A stretch of 64,000 nucleotides of DNA, taken from NCBI GenBank assembly GCA_031962025.1, contig JAVRKW010000003.1; one strand, 5' to 3'. The DNA comes from Pseudothermotoga sp. (lineage in GTDB: Bacteria > Thermotogota > Thermotogae > Thermotogales > DSM-5069). The notes below the pieces were generated by a model. The model was not told the DNA's origin, did not search any database, and saw nothing but the letters and a program-made list of their open reading frames with translations. Position 1 is the first letter of the stretch. Every line of letters begins with the position of its first letter. The position numbers and the translations under genes were made by a program. This document shows positions 37,699-48,032 of this stretch, piece by piece.

Positions 37699-39491
37699 AG
37701 ACAGACTTTCTAATAATCGGAGGTGGACCGGCTGGTTTGAGCGCAGCAGTTGAGACCGGTAGGAGAAATATCAAGACGTTGATCGTAGACGAAGGTGTCG
37801 AACTCGGCGGTCAGTTGGTTAAACAGACGCATAAATTTTTCGGACATGAGGGATTCTATGCTTCGGTCAGAGGCTTTGAGATAGCGAAAAAATTGATCTC
37901 GCAACTGAATGAAAATGTTACCGTCATGAAGCAAACGATCGTAACAGGTATATACGAAGATGTTGTAACCGCATACGATAGAGAGAAAGATCTGGTCGTT
38001 GAAATAGAACCAAAGTATATTCTCATCTCTACTGGTGCCAGTGAACGTTTTATCCCTTTTAAAAACAATCACTTGCCCGGTGTTTACGGTGCCGGAGCGG
38101 TGCAGACGTTGATGAATCAGTTCATGGTCTTGCCCGGCAAGAGAGTGCTGATGGTTGGTTCTGGAAATATCGGTTTGATCGTTTCTTACCAACTTTTACA
38201 GGCTGGCGCACAGGTAAAGGCAATTGTGGAAATAGCAGACAAGGTTGGAGGTTATCAGGTTCATGCCGCAAAGGTAAAGAGACTTGGCGTTCCAATTTTG
38301 CTCAGGCATACGATTAAAGAGGCGATTGGAGAAGAAAAGGTCGAAGGTGCTGTGATAGCTCAGGTGGATGAGAAATTCAATATAATTGCAGGCAGTGAGA
38401 AAGAACTCGCTGTTGACATGATATGTGTGGCAGTGGGGCTTTTGCCGTCGATTGAACTTGCACAGATGGCAGGCGTGAGAATTGAATATGTTCCAGAGCT
38501 TGGAGGATATGTGCCTTACAGAGATAAAGAGATGAGGACCAATATCAAAAACATCTTTGTTGCAGGAGATCTTGCTGGAATTGAAGAAGCGACAACAGCG
38601 ATGATAGAGGGCAGAATAGCGGGACTTGTTGTTTCAAGAGAACTGACCGGTGTGGACCAGCCGGATCTTGAGAAGATGCAAAAAGAGCTGGTTGAATTCA
38701 GATCAGGACCATTTTCAGACAAGGTTAGAAGGGGATTGGAAAGATTTTTCCCACAACAGGTGCTGAGTTACTCAAAAGATACTCAGAAAGATACTGGACC
38801 TGTTGGAAAGTTGAGACCTGTAATAGAGTGTTATGAAAACATACCGTGTAACCCGTGCCAGACATCATGTCCATCAGGAGCGATCAGTGTACATCAGAAC
38901 ATAAACAGTTTGCCGGTCATTGATTATTCAAAGTGCACAGGTTGCGGTATCTGTGTAATCAAATGTCCCGGTCTTGCGATCTTCATGGTACAGGAAAACT
39001 ATCAGCCCGGTAGAGATCTGGTTGTTTTGCCTTATGAATTTTCACCTTTACCGGAAAAAGGTCAGAAGGTCATCGCACTGGATCGTGAAGGGAAAGAGGT
39101 CACACAGGCAGAGATCGTCAAAGTCGTCAAGTCTGCCAACAAAACACACTTGGTTCACCTGGCAGTTCCATCTGGCTTTGGACAGATAGTCAGAAGTTTT
39201 CGTTTACCAGAAAAGGCTGATTCGCTTGTCTGCAGATGTGAGGAGGTAACTCTTGAGGAAGTTGAAAAAGCTATAGACGAAGGCTACACGGACTATGAAG
39301 AACTCAGAAGGTATTTGAGAATTGGTATGGGACCGTGCGGTGGAAGAACATGCAGAGCGATCACACTTGGGATTCTCCAAAGAAAGACAAAAAAGAGTGC
39401 AGGTGAGATTAGTTTTGGCACACTCAGGCCACCTTCGATGCCGGTGAAATTCGATTCGATTGTCAAGGGAGAGATAGAAGATGAAAAATGA
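37692..39491 (+). CDS. FAD/NAD oxidoreductase alpha-like subunit fused to a 4Fe-4S ferredoxin and a BFD-like 2Fe-2S domain
   Basis: GGGPAG, TGASER, GSGNIG; CNPCQTSCP / CTGCGICVIKCP; CRCEEV...GPCGGRTC. Confidence 0.85.
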   Translation: MVKTDFLIIGGGPAGLSAAVETGRRNIKTLIVDEGVELGGQLVKQTHKFFGHEGFYASVRGFEIAKKLISQLNENVTVMKQTIVTGIYEDVVTAYDREKDLVVEIEPKYILISTGASERFIPFKNNHLPGVYGAGAVQTLMNQFMVLPGKRVLMVGSGNIGLIVSYQLLQAGAQVKAIVEIADKVGGYQVHAAKVKRLGVPILLRHTIKEAIGEEKVEGAVIAQVDEKFNIIAGSEKELAVDMICVAVGLLPSIELAQMAGVRIEYVPELGGYVPYRDKEMRTNIKNIFVAGDLAGIEEATTAMIEGRIAGLVVSRELTGVDQPDLEKMQKELVEFRSGPFSDKVRRGLERFFPQQVLSYSKDTQKDTGPVGKLRPVIECYENIPCNPCQTSCPSGAISVHQNINSLPVIDYSKCTGCGICVIKCPGLAIFMVQENYQPGRDLVVLPYEFSPLPEKGQKVIALDREGKEVTQAEIVKVVKSANKTHLVHLAVPSGFGQIVRSFRLPEKADSLVCRCEEVTLEEVEKAIDEGYTDYEELRRYLRIGMGPCGGRTCRAITLGILQRKTKKSAGEISFGTLRPPSMPVKFDSIVKGEIEDEK

Positions 39492-40620
39492 ATACAGGGT
39501 GGCGATCATAGGTGGAGGAATAGTTGGTTGTTCAATAGCCTATCATCTTGCAAAGTTCGGTGAGAGCGATGTAATAGTTTTTGAAAAAAATTATCTGAGC
39601 TCTGGTTCAACTGGAAGGTGTGCAGGTGGCATAAGGCAACAGTGGAGTTCACCGAACAATGTGATACTGGCTAAAAGAAGTGTGTCACTTTTTGAAAAAC
39701 TTTCAGATGAAACAGGCGTTGACATAGAGTACAAACAGGGAGGATACCTGGTTCTCTCATACGACGATCAGGAAGCCGCACAGTTTGAAAAAAACGTCCG
39801 GATGCAGAGAGAACTTGGACTGGACGTTCAGATTTTCACACCACGGCAGGTTAAAGAGAAATACCCATATATCGATGTGAGTGGAGTCAAACTGGCAACC
39901 TTTTGCCAGAAAGATGGTCATGCAAACCCGCACCTTGCAAATTTTGCTTATGCAAGAGCCGCACGAAGACTCGGAGTGAATATCATGACGCATACCGAGG
40001 TCATCGCGGTTGAAGTATTGGAAAATGGGTTTGAACTGTTCACGAACAGAGGTAAAACAACGGCTCAGATATTGATAAACGCGGCTGGACCTTATTCGAG
40101 AGAGGTCGCAAAAATGGTTGGCATGGATCTTCCAACCGAAAGTTACAGGCATCAGATAATGGTCACAGAAGCTGTGAAGAACTTTTTTGATCCGATGGCG
40201 ATAAGTTTTTCAGGAAATTTCTACATGAGACAGACCAAGCATGGACAGTTCATCATGGGTCAGGGTGATGCCGATGAAAAACCCGGTATAAACAACAACG
40301 TCACGTACAGGTTTGAAAAACAAATGGCAAGAAAAATGAGTAAGATCTTTCCGTTTTTGTCAAAGATCAGGATCGTGCGCCACTGGTCCGGGCATTATAA
40401 CATGTCACCCGATGCACAGCCGATTATTGGAGAATCTCCAAAGATACCGAATTTCTACTACGCAGTTGGTTTCAGCGGTCATGGTTTCATGCTTGCACCG
40501 GCGGTTGGTGAAGCACTTGCACAGATGATACTGTATGGTAAAACATTGCACGTGGATATCAGTGAGCTGAATCTTGATAGATTTGAAAAAGGTGTGGTAC
40601 GCGAGAAAAATGTGGTTTAG
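39481..40620 (+). CDS. DAO-family FAD oxidoreductase (sarcosine oxidase beta / proline dehydrogenase beta-like)
   Basis: GGGIVG, GSTGRCAGG, SPDAQPIIG, GFSGHGFMLAP. Confidence 0.88.
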   Translation: MKNEYRVAIIGGGIVGCSIAYHLAKFGESDVIVFEKNYLSSGSTGRCAGGIRQQWSSPNNVILAKRSVSLFEKLSDETGVDIEYKQGGYLVLSYDDQEAAQFEKNVRMQRELGLDVQIFTPRQVKEKYPYIDVSGVKLATFCQKDGHANPHLANFAYARAARRLGVNIMTHTEVIAVEVLENGFELFTNRGKTTAQILINAAGPYSREVAKMVGMDLPTESYRHQIMVTEAVKNFFDPMAISFSGNFYMRQTKHGQFIMGQGDADEKPGINNNVTYRFEKQMARKMSKIFPFLSKIRIVRHWSGHYNMSPDAQPIIGESPKIPNFYYAVGFSGHGFMLAPAVGEALAQMILYGKTLHVDISELNLDRFEKGVVREKNVV

Positions 40621-40631
40621 GAGGATGTGGT

Positions 40632-41132
40632 TTGGTCAAAAAACTGGTTTTTTTCCTGCTCTGGACAGCTTTAGCGACAGCTCTGATGTATTTTCTACAG
40701 TTGAATAATTCACCAACGCTGACAAGGATGTTTCTAGTGGTGAATTTTCTGACTGTTGTTGTTGCTCTCATCCACGGTACATTGATCGCGACACTGGTCG
40801 GGTTTTTTGCCCCGGTGAGTGGCTTTCTTGCCACGGGCATTTTGCAGATGAATTTTCTGATGGCGACGATCTTTGAGTCGGTAACGATCGGTTTTTTGAC
40901 GGGCTTTTTCTACAAAAAATTCAAAAATCTTTACCTGACGATCTTACTTGATTTTGTTGTGGCAAAAGCTGTTTTTATAGTCACGGTGTATTTTTTGAAG
41001 ACAGGCGCAAAACCATGGGTAGATCTTCTATATGGACTGATAGGTTTGGGACTGCAACTGATTTTCATTCCAGTAATTCACAAAATTCTGGTAAAATCAT
41101 CTAAGATCGAAGAACAAAAAGGAGGTATCTAA
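40632..41132 (+). CDS. Small polytopic membrane protein, ECF S-component-like
   Basis: About 5 hydrophobic segments; P-x-S...G, FE...G, GLGLQLIFIP. Confidence 0.5.
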   Translation: MVKKLVFFLLWTALATALMYFLQLNNSPTLTRMFLVVNFLTVVVALIHGTLIATLVGFFAPVSGFLATGILQMNFLMATIFESVTIGFLTGFFYKKFKNLYLTILLDFVVAKAVFIVTVYFLKTGAKPWVDLLYGLIGLGLQLIFIPVIHKILVKSSKIEEQKGGI

Positions 41133-41133
41133 G

Positions 41134-41514
41134 GTGGAAATAATTTACAGTGCAGTACCAGGAGCAACGGGTAGCACTCCAAGCACAACTGCTACAGGTT
41201 CAGGTCTCAGTTTCATCTTTCTTCTGGTTATTCTCTTTGTGATGTTCTATTTTCTCATGATTCTACCTCAAAGAAGAAGGGAAAAGCAGTTTCGTGATAT
41301 GATCTCAAACATGAAGCGCGGCGACACCGTTATAACTGTCGGTGGAATCGTTGGGAAAATCATAGACATCAAGAAAGACACAGTCAAGATCAAGACAGCC
41401 ATGACGACGGAGCTGGAGATAACCAAAAGGGCAATAGCAACTGTTTTGAAAGAGGAAGCCAAGGAGAAAGAGGAATCAAAGGAACAGGAGGAAAAAGACA
41501 AGGAACAGAACTGA
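41134..41514 (+). CDS. yajC: Preprotein translocase subunit YajC
   Basis: FYFLMILPQ, GDTVITVGGIVG; upstream of secD. Confidence 0.92.
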   Translation: MEIIYSAVPGATGSTPSTTATGSGLSFIFLLVILFVMFYFLMILPQRRREKQFRDMISNMKRGDTVITVGGIVGKIIDIKKDTVKIKTAMTTELEITKRAIATVLKEEAKEKEESKEQEEKDKEQN

Positions 41515-41523
41515 GGAGGGAAC

Positions 41524-42954
41524 ATGATCATGAGAGCAAACAGAGTGAGACTCATAGTTGTGATTGCGGTGATTTTTGCTGCTTTTCTTGCCCTGTTGTG
41601 GCCAAGTAAGGGTCAGACTTACAAGGGTTTTGCGGCGATCTTTCAGCGTATACCACTTGGACTTGATATCAAAGGCGGAGCTCGTCTGGAATACAGAGTG
41701 GATGTACAATCAGGTGTTGAAAATCCAAGCGAAGTCGTCGACAATGTCTGGACAGTTCTGAGGAACAGGCTCGATGCCGCAGGATATACTGAAGCGACTG
41801 TGCGAAAAACTTTTAGGGAAAACAATTCTTTCATAGTGATTGAAATCCCTGCCGCGACAGATACGACAAAAGCCGAGAAATTGCTTGGCTCGACCGGTGT
41901 GATGTATTTTGGTCAGGTTCTGGAAGAGAGTCAGGTTGATCCACAAACGGATCCGAGATTGAAAGATATGGCAAAGATAAAAAAAGCCGAGTGGCTTCCC
42001 GCAAGGGATGGAAAAATATGGTACCTTGTCAGACAGGAGATAATGCTTTTGAAAGATTTGAAGTTGATTTCTCCACAGATAGTCTCGGCTAACCCTGTAC
42101 CCGAAACCCGTGCAGGAAGGTTTGGATACAAGGTTACTTTTGAGTTAGCCAGCAAAGACGCTGAAGTTTTCAAAAAGATCACACAGCAGTTAGTCGTACC
42201 GGAATCTGCCATTTCAACCGCTGCGGCAAAAGAAAAGCGCCTTGCCATAGTCCTTGACAATGTGGTGCAGTTTGCAGGTTATGTCATATCTGTCATACCA
42301 GATGGAAAGGCTGAGATAACCGGTAACTTCTCGATTGAGGAAGCAAAGCAGCTGGCAGCGATACTCAGGAGCGGAGCTCTACCGGCAAGGCTTGAAAAAG
42401 TTTCAGCCGGATGGGTGGCACCACTGCTTGGTTCGGATATCGTGAGGACTTCTCTGTGGGCTGGGATTGTTGGATTGATAATCGTGTTCATCTACATGAT
42501 TGTTGTCTATGGAATACAGGGAGTCATTGCGGACATAGCGCTGATATACAACACCATATTGCTGCTCGGTGTGCTTGCCGCGACTGGATCGATACTGACA
42601 CTGCCGGGTATTGCCGGTATAATCTTCACGATTGGAACGACTGTTGATGGAAATATCATCATCGCTGAGAGAATCAAAGAAGAATTGAGAGCTGGCAAAT
42701 CGATAAAAGCCGCAATAAACTCCGGTTTTGGCAGATGCTTCATCACTCTGTTCGATGCCAATCTCACTACCATCATTGCTGGTTTGGCTCTGTACTACTT
42801 CGGTACGGGCACCGTGAAGGGATTTGCAATTACGTTGATCATAGGTGTGCTTGGTAGCTTTTTTGTGAACATAGTCCTTTCAAGACTCTTGACAGATGCT
42901 TTTAGTTCTCTCATACGCAGACCAGTCGTTGAAGAGGGGGGAGCTCAGTCATGA
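41524..42954 (+). CDS. secD: Protein translocase subunit SecD
   Basis: LGLDIKGG, LRSGALP, TLPGIAG, VDGNIIIAERIKEE, DANLTT. Confidence 0.95.
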   Translation: MIMRANRVRLIVVIAVIFAAFLALLWPSKGQTYKGFAAIFQRIPLGLDIKGGARLEYRVDVQSGVENPSEVVDNVWTVLRNRLDAAGYTEATVRKTFRENNSFIVIEIPAATDTTKAEKLLGSTGVMYFGQVLEESQVDPQTDPRLKDMAKIKKAEWLPARDGKIWYLVRQEIMLLKDLKLISPQIVSANPVPETRAGRFGYKVTFELASKDAEVFKKITQQLVVPESAISTAAAKEKRLAIVLDNVVQFAGYVISVIPDGKAEITGNFSIEEAKQLAAILRSGALPARLEKVSAGWVAPLLGSDIVRTSLWAGIVGLIIVFIYMIVVYGIQGVIADIALIYNTILLLGVLAATGSILTLPGIAGIIFTIGTTVDGNIIIAERIKEELRAGKSIKAAINSGFGRCFITLFDANLTTIIAGLALYYFGTGTVKGFAITLIIGVLGSFFVNIVLSRLLTDAFSSLIRRPVVEEGGAQS

Positions 42955-43847
42955 AGCACTTCGATTTTGTAGGCAAAAGAAAGATTTTCATATCAATCTC
43001 TGTGGTTCTGGTTGCAATAAGTCTGATCTACATTTTCACAAAAGGTTTTAACTTCGGTGTGGAGTTTCTGGGTGGCTCCGAGTTGATATTGAGAGTTGAA
43101 TCATCAAGCTTTACAGAAGCCGATGTGAGAAAGATTTTGAACGAGATATCCACTGATTTTTCATCGGCAAGAGTGACAAGGGTCAGATCTGTGGGAGATC
43201 CAGAAAACATAGCCAAATTTTCAATAACTCTTACCAAGACATTTACTGCAGAGGAGAAAGCAGATCTTCAGGCTAAGATAGAATCGAAGATTTATGAAAA
43301 AAATCTAAAGGGTCAGGTGGTCTCATTCAACGAAACCGGTGGTTCTGCTGCCGAAGAAGTCAGAAGACTCACCTGGCGTGCGGTGATAATAACACTGGTT
43401 GCGATACTCGTTTACATCACGCTGAGGTTCAATTTTGTTTTTGGTGTAGGTGCAACACTTGCTCTGGTACACGACGTCGTTGTGACAATGGGTTTCTTCT
43501 CGATTTTTAATTATGAGCTGAATGTTCCGGCTGTGGCTGCATTTTTGACGCTGATCGGCTATTCTCTGAACGACACGATAATCGTGTATGACAGAATAAA
43601 GGAAAATATGAAAAAATTCAAGGGTAAGGAGATTTCAGTTATAGTGAATGACAGTATAAACCAGGTCTTTCGAAGAACTGTTAATACTTCCCTGACGACG
43701 TTTTTTGTGGTTTTTGTGCTCCTGCTCTTTGCTGGAAATGCGATAAAACCCTTTGCTTTTGGTATGACCATTGGTACAGTGGTGGGAACGTATTCTTCCA
43801 TTTACATCGCAAGTCCGATGGTGATACGCTGGGTGAAAAACAGATGA
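42951..43847 (+). CDS. secF: Protein translocase subunit SecF
   Basis: GVEFLGG, HDVV, GYSLNDTIIVYDRI, RTVNTS, GTYSS. Confidence 0.95.
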   Translation: MKHFDFVGKRKIFISISVVLVAISLIYIFTKGFNFGVEFLGGSELILRVESSSFTEADVRKILNEISTDFSSARVTRVRSVGDPENIAKFSITLTKTFTAEEKADLQAKIESKIYEKNLKGQVVSFNETGGSAAEEVRRLTWRAVIITLVAILVYITLRFNFVFGVGATLALVHDVVVTMGFFSIFNYELNVPAVAAFLTLIGYSLNDTIIVYDRIKENMKKFKGKEISVIVNDSINQVFRRTVNTSLTTFFVVFVLLLFAGNAIKPFAFGMTIGTVVGTYSSIYIASPMVIRWVKNR

Positions 43848-43849
43848 CA

Positions 43850-43875
43850 AAAAAGCCCCCGATCGGGGGCTTTTT
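43850..43875. terminator. Bidirectional terminator (perfect 26-bp palindrome)
   Basis: aaaaagcccccgatcgggggcttttt between convergent genes. Confidence 0.88.
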
Positions 43876-44942
43876 CAAAATTGTATCGAACTCAGATCTC
43901 CCACAACCAGCCGTGCAGCCTTTGGAAACCCTCCGTTCTGAAAAACCTTTACACCCTTACCGAGTATAGATGAATCAATACGAGTTGTGACATTTTTGAT
44001 GTTGCTCTGATCCATGAGAATGGAATTTTCGATCTCACAGTTTTCAAGTGACACGTTGTTGCCAACGGCTGTGTACGGTCCAATATAACTGTTTGTAATA
44101 CTGCAATTGTTTCCTATGATAACAGGACCTCGAATGAGCGAACCAGTTATGATCGATCCCTGACCGATACACACTCTTCCCTGAATAGTACTGTTTTTAT
44201 CGACTTGACCATGAAGATATTCCTGTTTCATGTTGTCCAGAATCTTTCTATTTGCCTCGAGTAAATCCTCTGGTTTTCCCGTGTCTTTCCACCAGCCTGT
44301 TATTATATGTGCTTTCACAGAATAACCGTTTTTCACAAGATAGTCAATTGCATCTGTTATTTCAAGTTCTCCTCTCCAGGATGGTTTGATGTTCTCTATT
44401 GCTTTGAAAACATCTTTGCGGAACATGTACACACCAACTATTGCAAGATCGCTCGGTGGTTCCTTGGGCTTTTCGACGACGTATTTTATCTTTCCATCTT
44501 CAAGGACTGCCACACCGTAAGCTCTCGGATCCTGAACGTGTGCGAGCAAAACAACTGCGTTCTCTTGAGATCTGTCAAATTCTTCTACAGCAGGTTTAAT
44601 ATCTTCAAAGATCAAATTGTCTCCAAGTACCATTAAAAATGGATCATCTGCTATGAAATCTTTTGCCTGATAAACTGCATGGGCAATACCTTTTGGCTGT
44701 TCCTGCACGACATACTCGATTGAAAGCCCAAATTCGCTGCCATCTTTTAAAACCTCTCTGAAAAGGTCTTTATTCTCAGGGCTCACGACTATCGCTATTT
44801 GCTTAACGCCGGCATCTTTCATGAAGTCGAGTGTGTACTGAATAACAGGTCTGTTCGCCACAGGTATCAGGTGCTTTGCCGTCGTGTAGGTCAATGGCCT
44901 TAGTCTGGTACCTTTTCCAGCGCACAGTACAAGTCCTTTCAT
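43875..44942 (-). CDS. rmlA: Glucose-1-phosphate thymidylyltransferase, long form
   Basis: LCAGKGTRLRPLT, KHLIPVAN, LGDN, EKP, RGELEITDA, WWKDTG, hexapeptide-repeat tail. Confidence 0.9.
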   Translation of the reverse strand: MKGLVLCAGKGTRLRPLTYTTAKHLIPVANRPVIQYTLDFMKDAGVKQIAIVVSPENKDLFREVLKDGSEFGLSIEYVVQEQPKGIAHAVYQAKDFIADDPFLMVLGDNLIFEDIKPAVEEFDRSQENAVVLLAHVQDPRAYGVAVLEDGKIKYVVEKPKEPPSDLAIVGVYMFRKDVFKAIENIKPSWRGELEITDAIDYLVKNGYSVKAHIITGWWKDTGKPEDLLEANRKILDNMKQEYLHGQVDKNSTIQGRVCIGQGSIITGSLIRGPVIIGNNCSITNSYIGPYTAVGNNVSLENCEIENSILMDQSNIKNVTTRIDSSILGKGVKVFQNGGFPKAARLVVGDLSSIQF

Positions 44943-44954
44943 TGCATCGCCTCC

Positions 44955-46208
44955 TTATTGGTTTATTAAAAATGCGCAGGAAAGATCAAAACCAAAAAAA
45001 GGTTTATCGTCAATAAAACCAAATCTCAAACCTGTGATGAATTTTTCAGAGCGTGGCAGGAAGTTTTTGAAATCGTAAGCGATTCTGGCAGTGAGTGAGT
45101 ACTGAGATTTCACATCGCCAGTGAGCCAGTGAATGCCAGACGGCACAGTGCTGCCATGCCAGGGTTTTTCAGGTGTTCTTGTACCGTATATCAGCCCTTC
45201 ATAGACAGTGCTGATGAACCAGCTGTCATCTGAATATCCCAGACTGATCGAACAGGCTATGTTGTTTTCACCGTGCCTGTAACCAATCATGTTTTTTTCA
45301 ATTGCAAGATCTGAGTCTTCAAAGTACACGTATTCATACGGTCTGTTAGAAGTTGTTCTTTGAAAAGTAAAAGCAGTGGCACCGGCGACTTCAAAGGTCA
45401 GGGTGTAAGGTCCGCTTTTTCCCGAAAAGCCAGCCAAAAAAGCAATTTTGTCTGGGTTCTGGAAGCCTTCCGGATTTAGAAATCTGTTCATGTTGATATC
45501 ATCCACGAGAACTTCTGAATAAACCGAGTAATTGGCTGTGGAATATTTCACCCAGCCTCCGATCATTGAATTGTCATCAAGCTCAGATGTTGGATATCCC
45601 CAAGGTGCATTCAGATGCCAGAATTCCTGTATTCCCGGTGCCGGGATTGGAATGAAAAAATAGTACGGATCGAAAAACCTGTTCAAATACAGGATGCTTT
45701 CCTGATAAGCTATTTCAAAACCTTCAAATGGTGAATATATCAGTGATCTGTAGTTGAAACCCTTTGCTGGCTTGGATCCATTTTCCACAAATCTGAGACC
45801 ACCCCACAGTGTTTCAACTTTGAATTTGCTGAAAGTTGCAACAGAATGCACAGATGGGTATGAAAAGCCGTTTTCGGCGACGAAGAGTTTGTATATGTTT
45901 CCAGGTCCCACAGAGTGTTCTTTTACACCTATCTGTATGAGAAACAGGTTGTTTTTCCACTCGAAAAATCCTTCATCCCAGTACCAGTAGTTGTACCAGA
46001 GCTTATCTGCATAAGGTGGTGTTACCTGATTGTCTCTTTTAAAACCACCGCTTGCTGTGAAAGAAGCTCCCATGAATGGCACTACCACGGAAAATTTCGC
46101 AAGATCTGTTGGTTGATCAAAATCGTACTCGATCCATCCATCGAATTTAAAGGTAAAGCCAAGACAAAGTACACCTATACTGACCAGAAAAAAAGTCAAT
46201 TTTTTCAT
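44955..46208 (-). CDS. Exported aromatic-rich protein, Wzi-like outer-membrane beta-barrel candidate
   Basis: Signal peptide; P-x-x-x-FEI-x-x-x-E...Y; DNSMIG; VYSEVLVDD; IGY-x-x-G-x-N. Confidence 0.55.
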   Translation of the reverse strand: MKKLTFFLVSIGVLCLGFTFKFDGWIEYDFDQPTDLAKFSVVVPFMGASFTASGGFKRDNQVTPPYADKLWYNYWYWDEGFFEWKNNLFLIQIGVKEHSVGPGNIYKLFVAENGFSYPSVHSVATFSKFKVETLWGGLRFVENGSKPAKGFNYRSLIYSPFEGFEIAYQESILYLNRFFDPYYFFIPIPAPGIQEFWHLNAPWGYPTSELDDNSMIGGWVKYSTANYSVYSEVLVDDINMNRFLNPEGFQNPDKIAFLAGFSGKSGPYTLTFEVAGATAFTFQRTTSNRPYEYVYFEDSDLAIEKNMIGYRHGENNIACSISLGYSDDSWFISTVYEGLIYGTRTPEKPWHGSTVPSGIHWLTGDVKSQYSLTARIAYDFKNFLPRSEKFITGLRFGFIDDKPFFGFDLSCAFLINQ

Positions 46209-46228
46209 GACCCCGCCCCCAGCCGATA

Positions 46229-46936
46229 TTACCTGCTTGTCTTTGCGTACTTCACAAATCTGTCAACGTCGTTGGTGATAACACCATCTATTTTGTCTTT
46301 GATTCTTTCGTACTTTTGCAGATCATCCAGCGTCCAGATGAATATCTTCGCACCGTGTTTTTTCACCAGATCGCAAATGAGATTGAAATAATCTGGATAA
46401 TCAGCCAGCTGGTGTGGTAAGTGCATTGAGTATGGTCTGTGTTCAAGTAGCTTTTTAATCAGTTCAACTGGATTATTTTTCAGCTCTTCACCGACTAAAA
46501 AACCGAATTTCATGTGTGGATATTTTTTTATCAAATCTGCTATCAGATCGTGATGAAAAGATGAAATAACAGTTTTTTCTGCCATAGAATATTTTTCAAT
46601 CAGATCTATCGCATCCTCAGCCACTTCATGTTCTTTGAACTCGGCGTTCAAAAGTTTTCCTTTTGGAATGATTGAAAGCACCTGTTCAAAAGTCGGAATC
46701 CTTTCACCATCTTTTTCGTACTTTTCAAGTTCACTCAGGGTCAAATCACAGATCTTTGTTTTGACACCGAACAGCCTTTGAAGATCTTCGTCATGGATCA
46801 CTACGATTTTTCTGTCTGCGGTCATTCTCAGATCAAGTTCAATACCGTCTGCACCGTATTCAAAGCCTTTTTTAAAGGCTTTCAATGTGTTTTCGGGGAA
46901 TTTCGCCGAATAACCTCTGTGCGCAAAGATCACCAT
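46229..46936 (-). CDS. Glycerophosphodiester phosphodiesterase
   Basis: AHRG, PENT, ELD, HD, EFK, SSF, WT, ITND. Confidence 0.93.
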   Translation of the reverse strand: MVIFAHRGYSAKFPENTLKAFKKGFEYGADGIELDLRMTADRKIVVIHDEDLQRLFGVKTKICDLTLSELEKYEKDGERIPTFEQVLSIIPKGKLLNAEFKEHEVAEDAIDLIEKYSMAEKTVISSFHHDLIADLIKKYPHMKFGFLVGEELKNNPVELIKKLLEHRPYSMHLPHQLADYPDYFNLICDLVKKHGAKIFIWTLDDLQKYERIKDKIDGVITNDVDRFVKYAKTSR

Positions 46937-47406
46937 CTTTTCAAACCTCCTATTCTTGCAAAATTATCCATCACGTAATTTGCAAAAACCTCTGCATTGG
47001 AAGAAGACTCCACGACGAATAACCAGACATCCTTCCACCAGGCGACGATATACTTGCCGTCTTTTTTCGTGCTGTACAGACCGCTGGTTGGAAAGTCCAG
47101 ATACGTCCTTGAACTCCAGGCACCAAACTCCTTAACGATTTTCTTCCATGCATCTTTTGCAGATCCATCGTAGAACTTAAAACCGTAGAGTAAGTAATTT
47201 GTTTTGTCTTTCAAATAACCTGCCACAACACCCTTTTGGTTTACAGCTCCATAACCGTCTATTTGTTCTAAGAAAACCATCGTATAACCATCCTGAACAG
47301 ACCTAACAGCCGATGTGAGAGAATACGCACTTGGCGGTACATAAACTGGTCTGAGCATACAGCCGGTTAAGAGAAAGATGAGCAGAACTGTTATTAGCTT
47401 TTTCAT
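46930..47406 (-). CDS. Lipoprotein, DUF3242 (TM1622)-like
   Basis: Lipobox LTGC; AWWKDVWLFVV; adjacent to GDPD as recalled for Thermotoga. Confidence 0.6.
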   Translation of the reverse strand: MKKLITVLLIFLLTGCMLRPVYVPPSAYSLTSAVRSVQDGYTMVFLEQIDGYGAVNQKGVVAGYLKDKTNYLLYGFKFYDGSAKDAWKKIVKEFGAWSSRTYLDFPTSGLYSTKKDGKYIVAWWKDVWLFVVESSSNAEVFANYVMDNFARIGGLKRW

Positions 47407-48011
47407 GCTAAAACCTCCCGAAGAAAGACATTTTTCTCAAGGACATCTGCAACAGTACCACACTGCATGTGTCCTGGTAACACCATAGAATCCGGGTCAG
47501 CCTGTTTGAAAAGAACTGACAGCTTTTTCAGGCTTTCCACCATGGAACTTTCACTGGACTCAGGAAAATCAGTCCTTCCTATGCTGTCAATGAAAATTGT
47601 ATCACCGGTGAAGAATACCTTCTCTGTCACAAGAACGACAGAGCCAGCCGTATGGCCCGGCGTTTCGATTATACGAAAATGCCAGTCTCCTATGTCCAGT
47701 TTATCAGAGAATGTTTCGCACTCACCCTGATAACAGTAGCTGTTTCCAAAAAGGTGAGATTTATTCATCACTGGGTCACAAAGCCCAACCAAATCTGGTT
47801 TTGATATGTACACCTTTAAAGGCTTTAGTTTCTTCAGACCGCAGATGTGATCAAAGTGCATATGTGTAAGAAGTACTATACATTCCTGATCGATGATCTT
47901 CTCAATACCATAACCCGGATCTATCACTATGGGTGGGTCGTTTTGCAGAACATAGGTATTTGTGCCAATTGGGCCTGTCAGAATGTGTGTTACACGGTTT
48001 ATCACGATCAT
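47403..48011 (-). CDS. Metallo-beta-lactamase fold hydrolase (glyoxalase II-like)
   Basis: THMHFDH, TPGHT, GDT, GRTD, PGH. Confidence 0.9.
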   Translation of the reverse strand: MIVINRVTHILTGPIGTNTYVLQNDPPIVIDPGYGIEKIIDQECIVLLTHMHFDHICGLKKLKPLKVYISKPDLVGLCDPVMNKSHLFGNSYCYQGECETFSDKLDIGDWHFRIIETPGHTAGSVVLVTEKVFFTGDTIFIDSIGRTDFPESSESSMVESLKKLSVLFKQADPDSMVLPGHMQCGTVADVLEKNVFLREVLA

Positions 48012-48032
48012 CACTCCTGTATAATCATCTTG

